DNA of 64,000 nt, from NCBI GenBank assembly GCA_046704885.1, contig JBJKRB010000082.1:9563-73562 (forward strand). The letters run 5' to 3'. This stretch comes from Thermoanaerobaculia bacterium. GTDB lineage: Bacteria > Acidobacteriota > Thermoanaerobaculia > Multivoradales > JBJKRB01. A model generated the notes under the pieces. It was given only the letters and a program-made list of their open reading frames with translations. It was not told where the DNA came from and ran no database searches. The translations under genes and the position numbers were made by a program. Of the stretch, positions 56,101-64,000 are shown piece after piece; positions within the stretch are counted from its first letter, which is position 1, and each line of letters starts with the position of its first letter.

Positions 56101-57168
56101 TCAGGTGATGCCGACCTCGGAATTGTCACCCACCATGAATCGATAGGCTTTCGGCTTGAAGTTGGTCTTCACGATCTTTACGTTACGGCCGATCAGCGAT
56201 CCATCGATGCGCATGGGAACGTCGCGAATCTCGCTATTCGCCAGAATGATGGAGTTCTCGATCTCGCAGCGCGCCAGCACGCAGCCGTCGCCGATCGAGG
56301 TGTAGGGACCGACGAAGGCATGCTCGAGGCGGGCGCCGGCGCCGATCACAACCGGCCCCCGGATCACCGAGTCGACGATCTCCGAACCCTCCCCCACGGC
56401 CACACGCCCCTCGACGCGGCTTCCCGATGGCGTCGCTTTCCGACGAGGGACGTCGAGAGCCTCGAGGATGATTCGGTTCGCCTCCAGCATGTCCTCGAGC
56501 TTGCCCGTGTCTTTCCACCAGCCGCGCACGATGTGAGGCTGGACCGCGAGGCCGCGATCGATCATGTCCTGGATGGCGTCGGTGATCTCGAGCTCACCGC
56601 GGGCCGAGGGCTCGATCCGTTGCACCGAAGTGTGGATCTCGGGCGAGAACATGTAGACGCCAACGAGCGCCAGATTGCTCTTGGGAGCACTCGGCTTTTC
56701 GACCAGCCGTTCGATCGTTCCCTGCTCCGTGAGCTCCGCCACTCCGAATTGCTCGGGATTGGGTACCTCGGCCAGCAGGATCTGGGCCGGGGCGTTGAGC
56801 TCGCGAAACTCGTCGACCAGTGCCTTGATGCCACCCGCGATCAGGTTGTCGCCGAGATACATCACGAACGCTTCGTCGGCGAGAAACTCCCGGGCGATGA
56901 GCACCGCGTGCGCCAGGCCGAGGGGCTCCGACTGCTCGATGTATGTCACCTTCGCCCCAAAGCGCCGGCCGTCACCCACCGCGGCGCGAATCTCCTCCCG
57001 GGTGTCGCCCACGACGATGCCGATGTCGTTGATGCCAGCCTGCACGATGGCTTCAATGCCATAGAAGAGCACCGGCTTGTTCGCCACCGGCACGAGTTGC
57101 TTCGCCGAAGTATGCGTCAGGGGGCGTAGTCGGGTTCCTTTGCCGCCGGAAAGAATTAGACCTTTCAT
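56101..57168 (-). CDS. rmlA: Glucose-1-phosphate thymidylyltransferase, long form with C-terminal left-handed beta-helix
   Basis: LILSGGKGTRLRPLT nucleotidyltransferase motif; C-terminal hexapeptide repeats. Confidence 0.85.
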   Translation of the reverse strand: MKGLILSGGKGTRLRPLTHTSAKQLVPVANKPVLFYGIEAIVQAGINDIGIVVGDTREEIRAAVGDGRRFGAKVTYIEQSEPLGLAHAVLIAREFLADEAFVMYLGDNLIAGGIKALVDEFRELNAPAQILLAEVPNPEQFGVAELTEQGTIERLVEKPSAPKSNLALVGVYMFSPEIHTSVQRIEPSARGELEITDAIQDMIDRGLAVQPHIVRGWWKDTGKLEDMLEANRIILEALDVPRRKATPSGSRVEGRVAVGEGSEIVDSVIRGPVVIGAGARLEHAFVGPYTSIGDGCVLARCEIENSIILANSEIRDVPMRIDGSLIGRNVKIVKTNFKPKAYRFMVGDNSEVGIT

Positions 57169-57241
57169 CTTGCAATGCCTCGAGCCACGGAGGTCGCTGG
57201 TGGAGCGCTAGCGGGGCTTGGGGTCAATGACGGGCGCCGGA

Positions 57242-59848
57242 TCACTGAGCGGCCGCCACCGCACCCCCGCTTCCTCCGTTGAGATCGAGGAAGGTGCCAA
57301 CGTTCTTGAGAGACAGTGCGAAGCGATACTCGCGATTGAGCACTTGACCGATCCGCAGATTGGTCACCTCGAACCGCACTCCGAAGCACTGCCCAGTATA
57401 TTCAATGATGTAGTGCTGCTGCTGCCACAGCTTCGTGGCGATGTTGTAGCCCAGCTGGCCGTCGAAGTGGAGCTTGCGGGGAATGATGTCGAATCCCGCC
57501 GAGAGCTGAGCCTGGTTCGAGGTCACGCCCCCCTGTTCCGCGTTGTAGCGGGTGTACCAGGTCAGTCCGAAGCTGGTCGTGGCGCGGTGGAAGCTGGCGC
57601 TCAGGGAGGTCGATTGCAGTCCGCCGAAGAAGGTGCTGTAGCTCGAGCGGGCGTCGACGCTCAGAGCCAGAGAGGGATCGAACCGGAGATCCGCGCTCAG
57701 AGGACCATAGGCCGCTTTCTGGGTGCCGTTCCGAGACACCTGCAAAGGCTGCTTCTGGTCGAAGCTGTAGGACTGGCTGATGGTCAACGACAAGATCTCC
57801 CTGGCGCTACCCCCCGTCCCCGCTACCGCGCTCGCGCCCGTGCTCGTTCCCGTTCCGCTAGTCGTGCTCGTTCCCGTTCCCGTTCCCGTGCTCGTTCCCG
57901 TGCTCGTGCCCGTTGTCGTGCCCGTTCCCGTTGTCGTGCCCGTTCCCGTTGTCGTGCCGGTACTCGTTCCCGTTGCAGCGCTCGTACCTGTTCCCGTCGC
58001 AGTGGCGGTGCCTGTTGTGGTGCTCGTTCCCGTGGTCTTGCCGCTGCTCGTTCCTGTGCTCGTGGTCGTCGTCGGGCTCGGTTCCGACTTGGCCAAGAGG
58101 CGGTTTACCAGGCTCCAGGTGCCGATGTCGTGCGGACTGGGCGAATCGACCTCGTCGAAGAGGGGAATCTGGTTGCGGTTGTTGAAGTTTCCCAGGAAGT
58201 CGTAAGTGAATCGGGGTTCGACGATGTGCTTGAACTTGCTGAATCCGGCCAGCGGGTGATCGAAGATCCGGGAAATCGAGGGCCCCACGATCTGGGCCCC
58301 CAAGGTCGAGTAGAAGCGTTCGAGGCTGTTGTTGCCCAACACCCCGGTGCTCGGATTGAGGCTCGAGGTCCAGTAAGTGGCGCGCTCACCGCCGATGACC
58401 GAAACCGAGAGCCACGGCCACGCATGCAGGGGAAGCGAGAGCTCGGGGAACAGGTCGAAGCGGCCGTAGTTGCCCTGATAGGTCGCTGAGCGATTGACCG
58501 AGAGGTAGTCGACCGAGCTCAAGATGTTGAGATAGAGCGGCGTCTTGCCGAGTTGGGTGGCGCGCAACCGGTACTCGATCTCCGGCAGCTGACGTTGCGT
58601 GATGTCGGTATTCGCGCCGAGGAAGGTCTTGCGCTCATCGAGCAAGATGTTCAACGAGCTGTTTCCCCAGTTTCCCGTCGCGTAGGCCGAGGAGTAGATG
58701 CTGCGCAGGGTCACCGTGTTGAAGTCGCGCTCGAAGTTGCGGAAGTAGTCGAAATTCGAGTACTGAAAGACATTTACAACGGCGCGCATGCCGAACGGCA
58801 GATCATTGCTCACCTGGCTCCAGGAGAACTTCCATTCGTTGTTCTTGGTCACCGGATCGTGGAGCAAGTAGCCGCGAAACTGCCCCTTGGTCGCGTCGCT
58901 CGGGTGGTAGCGGAACTCGTCTCCCAGACCGAAGTGGTGATCGCCGTAAAGGTCGGCGTAGATCGTGGTGTCGTAGCTCTGGCCGAGAACCTGGTAGTAG
59001 GCCAACCCGAGATAACTCCCCCGGTACTTCGAATACCCGATGTTGGGCACCAGCAACCCCGAGGTTCGATCAGCCTTGGCCGGCCACAGCAGGTAGGGGG
59101 TGTAAAAGACCGGCAACTTCTTCACGTAGACGGCGGCGTTTCGGATGTGGGCGTAAGCGCCGACGTCGACTCGCGCCCAGCCGAGATGGAAGCTCCAGCT
59201 CGGGGTCTTCCCGCTGCACGAGGTGAAAACGCCATGCTTGACCGAGTAGCGGTCCTTCCCTAGCTTGTCGATCTCGGCCCCGCTGAAGTACATGTCGGGT
59301 TCGACGAACGCCGTCGCGTCGGTCAGCTTGCCGGTCTGCTGATCGAGGTTGTACGAAAGCGTCGCGCCCGTCAGCCGTTTGGGGCCTTGATCGACGATCA
59401 CGTTGCCGCTTGCCTTGACGTCCTTGGTCGTCAGGTCGACCTCGATGCGATCGGCGCTGACCTTGATGTCCTTGTACTGGATCTCGACCGCGCCAGTGGC
59501 GACGGCGTAGTCCTTGCGCAAGAAGGTGAGAACGGCGGCCGATCCGGTCGCGGCGCCGCCCCCTTTTGCCTTGGGAAAGCGCAAGTCGAAGGTGATACGC
59601 GGCGGACTGGGCTTCTTCGTCGCCTTGGCTTCAGCGGGCGCGGCCAGTGGTTTCGCCGGAGCCGTCGTTGGGGAGGGCGCAGGCGGCGCGGCCTTCTCTG
59701 GCGCCGGTACCGCACTGGGAGGGGGCGAGCTCGCAGGCGGCGTCTGGCCCGCGGCCGGAACACCGGAAACGAGGAACACCAAGACGAGCGCGGTGGCTCC
59801 TGCCAGACTCAACAATCCGCGCGGCCGGCCCTCCCCCGGAGCGTTCAA
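57242..59848 (-). CDS. lptD: LPS-assembly outer membrane protein LptD (OstA) with internal Thr/Gly-rich insertion
   Basis: Signal peptide; OstA N-terminal jellyroll (GNVIVDQG...LTGATLSYNL); LPVFYTPYLLWP LptD motif; large beta-barrel; its ATG overlaps the thiolase stop. Confidence 0.8.
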   Translation of the reverse strand: MNAPGEGRPRGLLSLAGATALVLVFLVSGVPAAGQTPPASSPPPSAVPAPEKAAPPAPSPTTAPAKPLAAPAEAKATKKPSPPRITFDLRFPKAKGGGAATGSAAVLTFLRKDYAVATGAVEIQYKDIKVSADRIEVDLTTKDVKASGNVIVDQGPKRLTGATLSYNLDQQTGKLTDATAFVEPDMYFSGAEIDKLGKDRYSVKHGVFTSCSGKTPSWSFHLGWARVDVGAYAHIRNAAVYVKKLPVFYTPYLLWPAKADRTSGLLVPNIGYSKYRGSYLGLAYYQVLGQSYDTTIYADLYGDHHFGLGDEFRYHPSDATKGQFRGYLLHDPVTKNNEWKFSWSQVSNDLPFGMRAVVNVFQYSNFDYFRNFERDFNTVTLRSIYSSAYATGNWGNSSLNILLDERKTFLGANTDITQRQLPEIEYRLRATQLGKTPLYLNILSSVDYLSVNRSATYQGNYGRFDLFPELSLPLHAWPWLSVSVIGGERATYWTSSLNPSTGVLGNNSLERFYSTLGAQIVGPSISRIFDHPLAGFSKFKHIVEPRFTYDFLGNFNNRNQIPLFDEVDSPSPHDIGTWSLVNRLLAKSEPSPTTTTSTGTSSGKTTGTSTTTGTATATGTGTSAATGTSTGTTTGTGTTTGTGTTTGTSTGTSTGTGTGTSTTSGTGTSTGASAVAGTGGSAREILSLTISQSYSFDQKQPLQVSRNGTQKAAYGPLSADLRFDPSLALSVDARSSYSTFFGGLQSTSLSASFHRATTSFGLTWYTRYNAEQGGVTSNQAQLSAGFDIIPRKLHFDGQLGYNIATKLWQQQHYIIEYTGQCFGVRFEVTNLRIGQVLNREYRFALSLKNVGTFLDLNGGSGGAVAAAQ
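57795..58085. repeat. Degenerate tandem trinucleotide/hexanucleotide repeat (cccgttcccgtgctcgtg...) encoding ~100 aa of T/G/S (TGTSTGTTTGTGTTTG...) inside lptD
   Basis: Direct repeats are visible in the sequence; the antisense frame reads PVPVLVPVLVPV. Confidence 0.7.
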
Positions 59849-61032
59849 GCGGCCGGTTCCCTATCCACGATCACCGCGGTCGCCTCTCCTCCGCCGATAC
59901 AGATCGCCGCCACTCCCCGGCGTAGCCCTCGCTCCTCGAGCGCCGCGAGCAGGGTGACGATGATCCGTGCCCCGGAACAGCCGATCGGGTGACCAAGAGC
60001 CACCGCTCCGCCTCGGACATTGACCGTTTCCGGGTCGAGGCCGAGCTCACGTTGAAATGCCATGGTCACGACCGCGAAAGCTTCGTTCACCTCCCATAGA
60101 TCGATGTCGGAAGGCTCGAGGCCGGCGCGCTCCAGCACCTTGCGCGTCGCGGCGATCGGGGCGGTGGTGAACCATTCTGGCTTCTGTGCCACCGAGGCCT
60201 GCGCGATCAAGCGAGCCCGGGGCTTGAGTCCCCGCTTCGCCGCCGCGGAGGCGGTGGTAAGCACCAGCGCCGCGGCGCCGTCGTTGATCTTGCTGGCATT
60301 GGCCGCGGTCACCGTTCCCTCTCGATCGAAGGCCGGACGCAATTTCGGCATCTTCGCGAGATCGACGCGGAATGGCTCCTCGTCGCGATCGACTCGCAGC
60401 GGATCCCCCTTGCGCTGGGGGACTTCCACCGGCACGATCTCCTTTGCCGCCAGTCCCTTCTCGGTCGCCTCGCGCGCCCGGCGGTAGCTCTCAGCGGCGA
60501 AGGCGTCCTGCTCCTCGCGCGTGAACTTATACTCGCGCGCGCAGATCTCGGCGCAGTTGCCCATGTGAACGTCGTTGTAGGGGTCCCAAAGACCGTCCCA
60601 GATCATCGAATCGATGAGCTTCCCGTGTCCGAGACGCAGCCCGTCCCGAGCCCCAGCCGCGAGGTAAGGCGCTTGGCTCATGTTCTCCATGCCGCCCGCG
60701 GCCACGATCTCGAAGTCACCGCAGCGCAGGTCGTTGGCCGCGGTCATGACCGACCGCATCCCAGAGCCGCAGACCTTGCCGACGGTAACGGCACCCGTCG
60801 CCTCCGGGCATCCGGCGAAAATCGTCGCCTGGCGGGCCGGCGCCTGTCCTACGCCCGCGGTGAGAACCGCTCCCATGTAAACCTGCTCCAGATCTTCCTT
60901 CTCGATGCCCGCTCGTTCGACCGCCGCGGCGATCGCGGTAGCGCCCAGCCGCGGCGCAGCTACGTCCTTGAATGCTCCTTGAAAGGCACCGATCGGAGTC
61001 CGAACGGCGCTTAGGATTACGATATCTTCCAT
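59845..61032 (-). CDS. Acetyl-CoA C-acetyltransferase (thiolase II)
   Basis: Thiolase family by overall sequence and the conserved C-terminal region; 395 aa. Confidence 0.9.
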   Translation of the reverse strand: MEDIVILSAVRTPIGAFQGAFKDVAAPRLGATAIAAAVERAGIEKEDLEQVYMGAVLTAGVGQAPARQATIFAGCPEATGAVTVGKVCGSGMRSVMTAANDLRCGDFEIVAAGGMENMSQAPYLAAGARDGLRLGHGKLIDSMIWDGLWDPYNDVHMGNCAEICAREYKFTREEQDAFAAESYRRAREATEKGLAAKEIVPVEVPQRKGDPLRVDRDEEPFRVDLAKMPKLRPAFDREGTVTAANASKINDGAAALVLTTASAAAKRGLKPRARLIAQASVAQKPEWFTTAPIAATRKVLERAGLEPSDIDLWEVNEAFAVVTMAFQRELGLDPETVNVRGGAVALGHPIGCSGARIIVTLLAALEERGLRRGVAAICIGGGEATAVIVDREPAA

Positions 61033-61199
61033 CGTTCACTCCTGGTTCTGTTGCTGACTCTTCGATAGGCCTGCCGGCAACCAATCTTGTTGTTCTCCAA
61101 AGCAAGGGCGCCGGCCACTTAGGGTGGTGAAATCGTAGCACAGCGCCCCCGGGCGCGAGCGGTTGACATCAGCCCCTGGGGGCCTGCAGAGTAGGTGGG

Positions 61200-61613
61200 G
61201 TGAAGACCTTGGCGATCGACTTCGGAGAGCGACGGATCGGCCTGGCGATCAGTGACGATTCGGGAGCCATGGCGTTGCCCCTTACGACCCTCGAACGCAG
61301 CTCCGACCGTGCGGCGATCGCGGCGATCGCGGCGATCGCGAAGGAACGCAACGTCGAGCGAGTCGTCGTGGGCGATCCTCGTCTGAGCGACGGTCGCCGT
61401 GGCGACGCTTCGCGGCGGGCAGGAAGATTTGCAGCCAAGCTGGCCAAAGCAACCGAGTTAGAGTACGAGCTGGTGGATGAGAGTCTGACCACTCGAGAAG
61501 CGGCGGCGCGTCTAGCATCCGCAGGAATCGACGTGGCCCGACATCCCGAACGGCTCGACGCAGCGGCCGCCCAGATCCTCCTTGAAGAGGTTCTCGCTCG
61601 GAGCGCCCAGTGA
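61200..61613 (+). CDS. ruvX: Holliday junction resolvase-like RuvX/YqgF
   Basis: LAIDFGERRIGLAISD N-terminal RNase H-like motif; GTG start. Confidence 0.85.
   Translation: MKTLAIDFGERRIGLAISDDSGAMALPLTTLERSSDRAAIAAIAAIAKERNVERVVVGDPRLSDGRRGDASRRAGRFAAKLAKATELEYELVDESLTTREAAARLASAGIDVARHPERLDAAAAQILLEEVLARSAQ
61331..61357. repeat. 3x tandem 9-bp repeat gcggcgatc encoding AAIAAIAAI within ruvX
   Basis: Read directly. Confidence 0.6.
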
Positions 61614-62665
61614 GACGCCACTGGCGCGCGTTCTTGGTGGTGACCTTGCTCACCGCACTCGTCGTCGTCTTGGTCGCCTCCGCGATCTTCTGGGAGCTCC
61701 ACCACCCCCATGCGCCGGCTGGGGGTGCCTCCGTGTCTCTCGATATCCCGGCGGGCCTCGACGCCCGGGAGATCCTCGCCCGGCTCGGCGAGCGCGGGGT
61801 GCTGGCCCATCCCCTGCTCGCTCGCCTCTACCTCACCTACGGCCTGGGCGACCCGCCGCTCAAAGCGGGCGAATACAAGTTCAGCGGCGAGATGTCGGCA
61901 ATCGACGTCCTCGATGTCCTCATTCGAGGAGATGTCGTCCTTCACCGCGTCACGATCCCGGAAGGGCTGAGCCTCGACGAGACCGCGGCGCATCTCTCCG
62001 CCGCTGGATTCGGCGACAAGCAGAAGTTCCTCGACGCCATGGATGATCCCCGCCTGATCTCCGATCTCGATCCCCAGGCGCGCAATCTCGAAGGCTACCT
62101 ATTCCCCGAGACCTACAGTTTCGCCAAGGGAACTCCGGAAAGGGAGATCGTGGCGCGCATGGTCGGCATGTTCAGACAGCGCTTCGCGTCCGCGATCCGC
62201 CCCCAAATGAAGCCCGGCGACAGCGTCCACGAGGTGGTCGTTCTCGCCAGTATCGTCGAAAAGGAGGCGAAGCTCGACAGCGAGCGAGCGGTGATCGCCG
62301 CCGTCTACCGCAACCGGCTTCAGCGCGGCATGGCCCTCTTCGCCGACCCAACGGTGATCTATGGACTCGAGCGGATCGGACGCTACGACGGCAACTTGCG
62401 GCGCTCCGACCTCCGCTATGACACTCCGTACAACACTTACCTGCACCACGGCTTACCGCCCGGCCCGATCTGCTCGCCGGGCCTCGCCAGCCTGAAGGCT
62501 GCGGTTCAACCCGCCGATGTCCCTTTTCTCTACTTCGTGAGCCGCAACGACGGAAGCCACGTGTTCTCACGAACGCTCGCCGAGCACAACCGCAACGTCA
62601 ATGAATGGCAGAAACGCTATTGGCGAAAACGGTGGAGCGCGGCGGCCCCCCCCTCGAAGCACTGA
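61610..62665 (+). CDS. mltG: Endolytic murein transglycosylase MltG (YceG-like)
   Basis: N-terminal TM; YceG-like catalytic region; GTG start overlapping the ruvX stop. Confidence 0.85.
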   Translation: MRRHWRAFLVVTLLTALVVVLVASAIFWELHHPHAPAGGASVSLDIPAGLDAREILARLGERGVLAHPLLARLYLTYGLGDPPLKAGEYKFSGEMSAIDVLDVLIRGDVVLHRVTIPEGLSLDETAAHLSAAGFGDKQKFLDAMDDPRLISDLDPQARNLEGYLFPETYSFAKGTPEREIVARMVGMFRQRFASAIRPQMKPGDSVHEVVVLASIVEKEAKLDSERAVIAAVYRNRLQRGMALFADPTVIYGLERIGRYDGNLRRSDLRYDTPYNTYLHHGLPPGPICSPGLASLKAAVQPADVPFLYFVSRNDGSHVFSRTLAEHNRNVNEWQKRYWRKRWSAAAPPSKH

Positions 62666-62782
62666 GAAGGCGATTGACAGGGGCACCGTCCCTGGTGTAT
62701 CAAAGTCCCATCGTGCAACGCGAAACGCGCTACGGCTTTCCGCCGTAATTGCGGAATCACCGGTTGCCGGGGGAGGACAACG

Positions 62783-64000
62783 ATGAGCACGCGTGAACAG
62801 TTCGGCTCTTACCTACTGCTGAAAAAACTGACTGAAGACGCGCTCGGGGAGACCTTTCGCGCGGGCAAGGTCGTGCAGGGAGCCATCGATCGAGTAGCGC
62901 TTCTCCGAGTCTTCAACGGGCGTGGGCTCGACACCCGCGGCCTGCTCGATCGGATCGCTTCGCGCCGCAAGCTCGGTGAGCACCTCTCCGGCCCGAATAT
63001 CATGACCGCGGTGGACGTCGGCGAGGCGCAAGGAACTCCCTATGTCGCCTATGACTACATCGCCGGCAAGGACCTCGCCTCGCTTCTCGACCAGGCGACG
63101 GCGAAGCGTTCTCCCTTCCCCACCGATCACGCGCTCCTCGTCGCCGAGCGCGTATCTCAAGCCTTGGCAATGGCCGGAGAGACCAAGATCGACGGAAACA
63201 GGATCCTGCACGGCTTTGTAGTTCCCCAGTTCGTTCGCATTTCGAACGAGGGCGAAACGAGGCTGCTCGGCTTCGAGTCCGGCCCCGCCCTTCGCGGATT
63301 GCTCGCCAATCCGAGTCTCGCCCGGCCGTTTGCGCGCTACCTGGCCCCAGAAGCCTTGGCCGGGGCGGCTCCCGCTCGTTCCGACGACGTCTATTCCCTG
63401 GGCGCCTTGCTCTACGAGCTTCTCGTTGGGCAGATGCTTCCCTCGCCGCCCGCCTCGGGCTTCGCCGAGGTCATCGACCGCGCCAGCTTGGCGGCCGACG
63501 GCAGCTCCTTGCCCTCTGAGATCGCCGGACTGCTCAAGCGCAGCCTCGCGGCCAAGGAACAGCGCATTCCCGACGCGCTGACCTGGCACAAGGCTCTGAG
63601 CAAGATGATGTACGAAGGGCAATTCAATCCCACGACCTTCAATCTCGCGTTCTTCATGCACAACCTCTTCCGCAGCGAGATCGAACGAGAGACGCAAGAG
63701 CTCCAGGTGGAGAAGACGATCAAGATTCCGGCAGCGCCCGGAGCCAGCGCTCCCGCGGCGAAGAGCGCACAAGCGGCGCCGCCCGCCGCCGCCGCGAGTG
63801 AAGGGTCCGGTGTGCGTCAAGACACTCTCGCGGTCCGCGAGCGCTACGGAATCGAAGGGGAGGAGGCCGGCAAGAAGAAGAAGAACACCGGCCTCATTGC
63901 CGCCGTCGCGGCGCTGGTGATCGTCGCTGGGCTCGTTGGCGGCTATTTCTTCTGGTACCGCAAGGGACCGGGCGCGAGCACGGCCGCGGCCACCGAGCAG
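62783..64000 (+). CDS. Membrane-anchored protein-kinase-like (probable pseudokinase) protein; 3' end lies outside the window
   Basis: Kinase N-lobe-like YLLLKKLTEDALGETFRAGK and C-lobe-like DVYSLGALLYELLVGQ, but no HRD/DFG motifs; a C-terminal TM LIAAVAALVIVAGLVGGYFFWY; RBS gggagga; the frame stays open to the window end. Confidence 0.6.
   Translation, partial: MSTREQFGSYLLLKKLTEDALGETFRAGKVVQGAIDRVALLRVFNGRGLDTRGLLDRIASRRKLGEHLSGPNIMTAVDVGEAQGTPYVAYDYIAGKDLASLLDQATAKRSPFPTDHALLVAERVSQALAMAGETKIDGNRILHGFVVPQFVRISNEGETRLLGFESGPALRGLLANPSLARPFARYLAPEALAGAAPARSDDVYSLGALLYELLVGQMLPSPPASGFAEVIDRASLAADGSSLPSEIAGLLKRSLAAKEQRIPDALTWHKALSKMMYEGQFNPTTFNLAFFMHNLFRSEIERETQELQVEKTIKIPAAPGASAPAAKSAQAAPPAAAASEGSGVRQDTLAVRERYGIEGEEAGKKKKNTGLIAAVAALVIVAGLVGGYFFWYRKGPGASTAAATEQ

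Noticed and set aside
57795-58085. Possible CRISPR-like or minisatellite array
   Set aside because: Repeats are 3-6 bp, degenerate, in-frame, and inside lptD coding sequence; there is no repeat-spacer structure.
1-64000. tRNA, rRNA, transposase/integrase, prophage or toxin-antitoxin genes
   Set aside because: Scanning intergenic gaps (all under 360 bp) shows no cloverleaf-like GTTCGAATCC-type arms or rRNA-like stretches, and no ORF with integrase, transposase or phage signatures. The window looks like core chromosome.

Overview
This 64 kb window is a high-GC (about 68%) bacterial chromosomal segment, densely coding on both strands, with about 62 protein genes and many ATGA/GTGA start-stop overlaps (translational coupling). 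I found no rRNA, tRNA, CRISPR array, transposase or integrase. The gene content (an 851-aa GWxTD+vWA secreted protein, an alternative-complex-III + caa3 oxidase operon, a long TPR LapB) points to an Acidobacteria-like Gram-negative lineage; this is inference.

Main blocks, in order:
- 1-14.5 kb: housekeeping genes (EamA transporter 3' end, SplB-like radical SAM, holA, lapB-like, a DksA-like protein with a histone-H1-like tail, rlmH, def, alpha/beta hydrolase, ileS, phosphomannomutase, a MoaD-MoaE fusion, a peptidase-MA-like membrane protein).
- 14.6-27.1 kb, minus strand: a 12-gene operon of ActABCDEF(G) alternative complex III, a SCO1 copper chaperone, and caa3 cytochrome c oxidase subunits II, I, III and IV.
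- 27.1-27.5 kb: a divergent promoter region carrying a perfect TGTGA-N6-TCACA CRP/FNR-type palindrome.
- 27.5-31.3 kb, plus strand: ctaB, an ABC-2 ATPase and permease, a second SCO protein, and a DUF420 (CtaM-like) protein.
- 31.2-43.3 kb: YhaM-like HD/OB nuclease, GWxTD-vWA protein, an exported protein coupled to a rhomboid protease, xseA-xseB, a PolX-like HhH protein, Hsp20, an aldo-keto reductase, and a JAMM (Mec+) + MoeZ pair.
- 43.4-50.6 kb: a W-rich lipoprotein, two secreted hypothetical proteins (one with a Gly/Asn-rich tail), and a LuxR response regulator plus a beta-propeller/Y_Y_Y sensor kinase.
- 50.7-64 kb: HD 5'-nucleotidase, DUF1232 protein, a CdsA-like/DUF92 membrane protein, Rmd-like and Gmd-like enzymes, rmlD, rmlA, an LptD with a Thr/Gly-rich repeat insertion, thiolase, ruvX, mltG, and a partial membrane pseudokinase-like gene.

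The points I consider most worth follow-up:
- the fused ACIII-SCO-caa3 operon together with its CRP/FNR-like site and the ABC-2/SCO/CtaM accessory operon;
- the histone-tailed DksA;
- the MoaD-MoaE fusion with a distant JAMM-MoeZ pair;
- the repeat-bearing LptD;
- the secreted-protein/two-component module.

All protein family calls are from motif recognition by eye. No database search was run.
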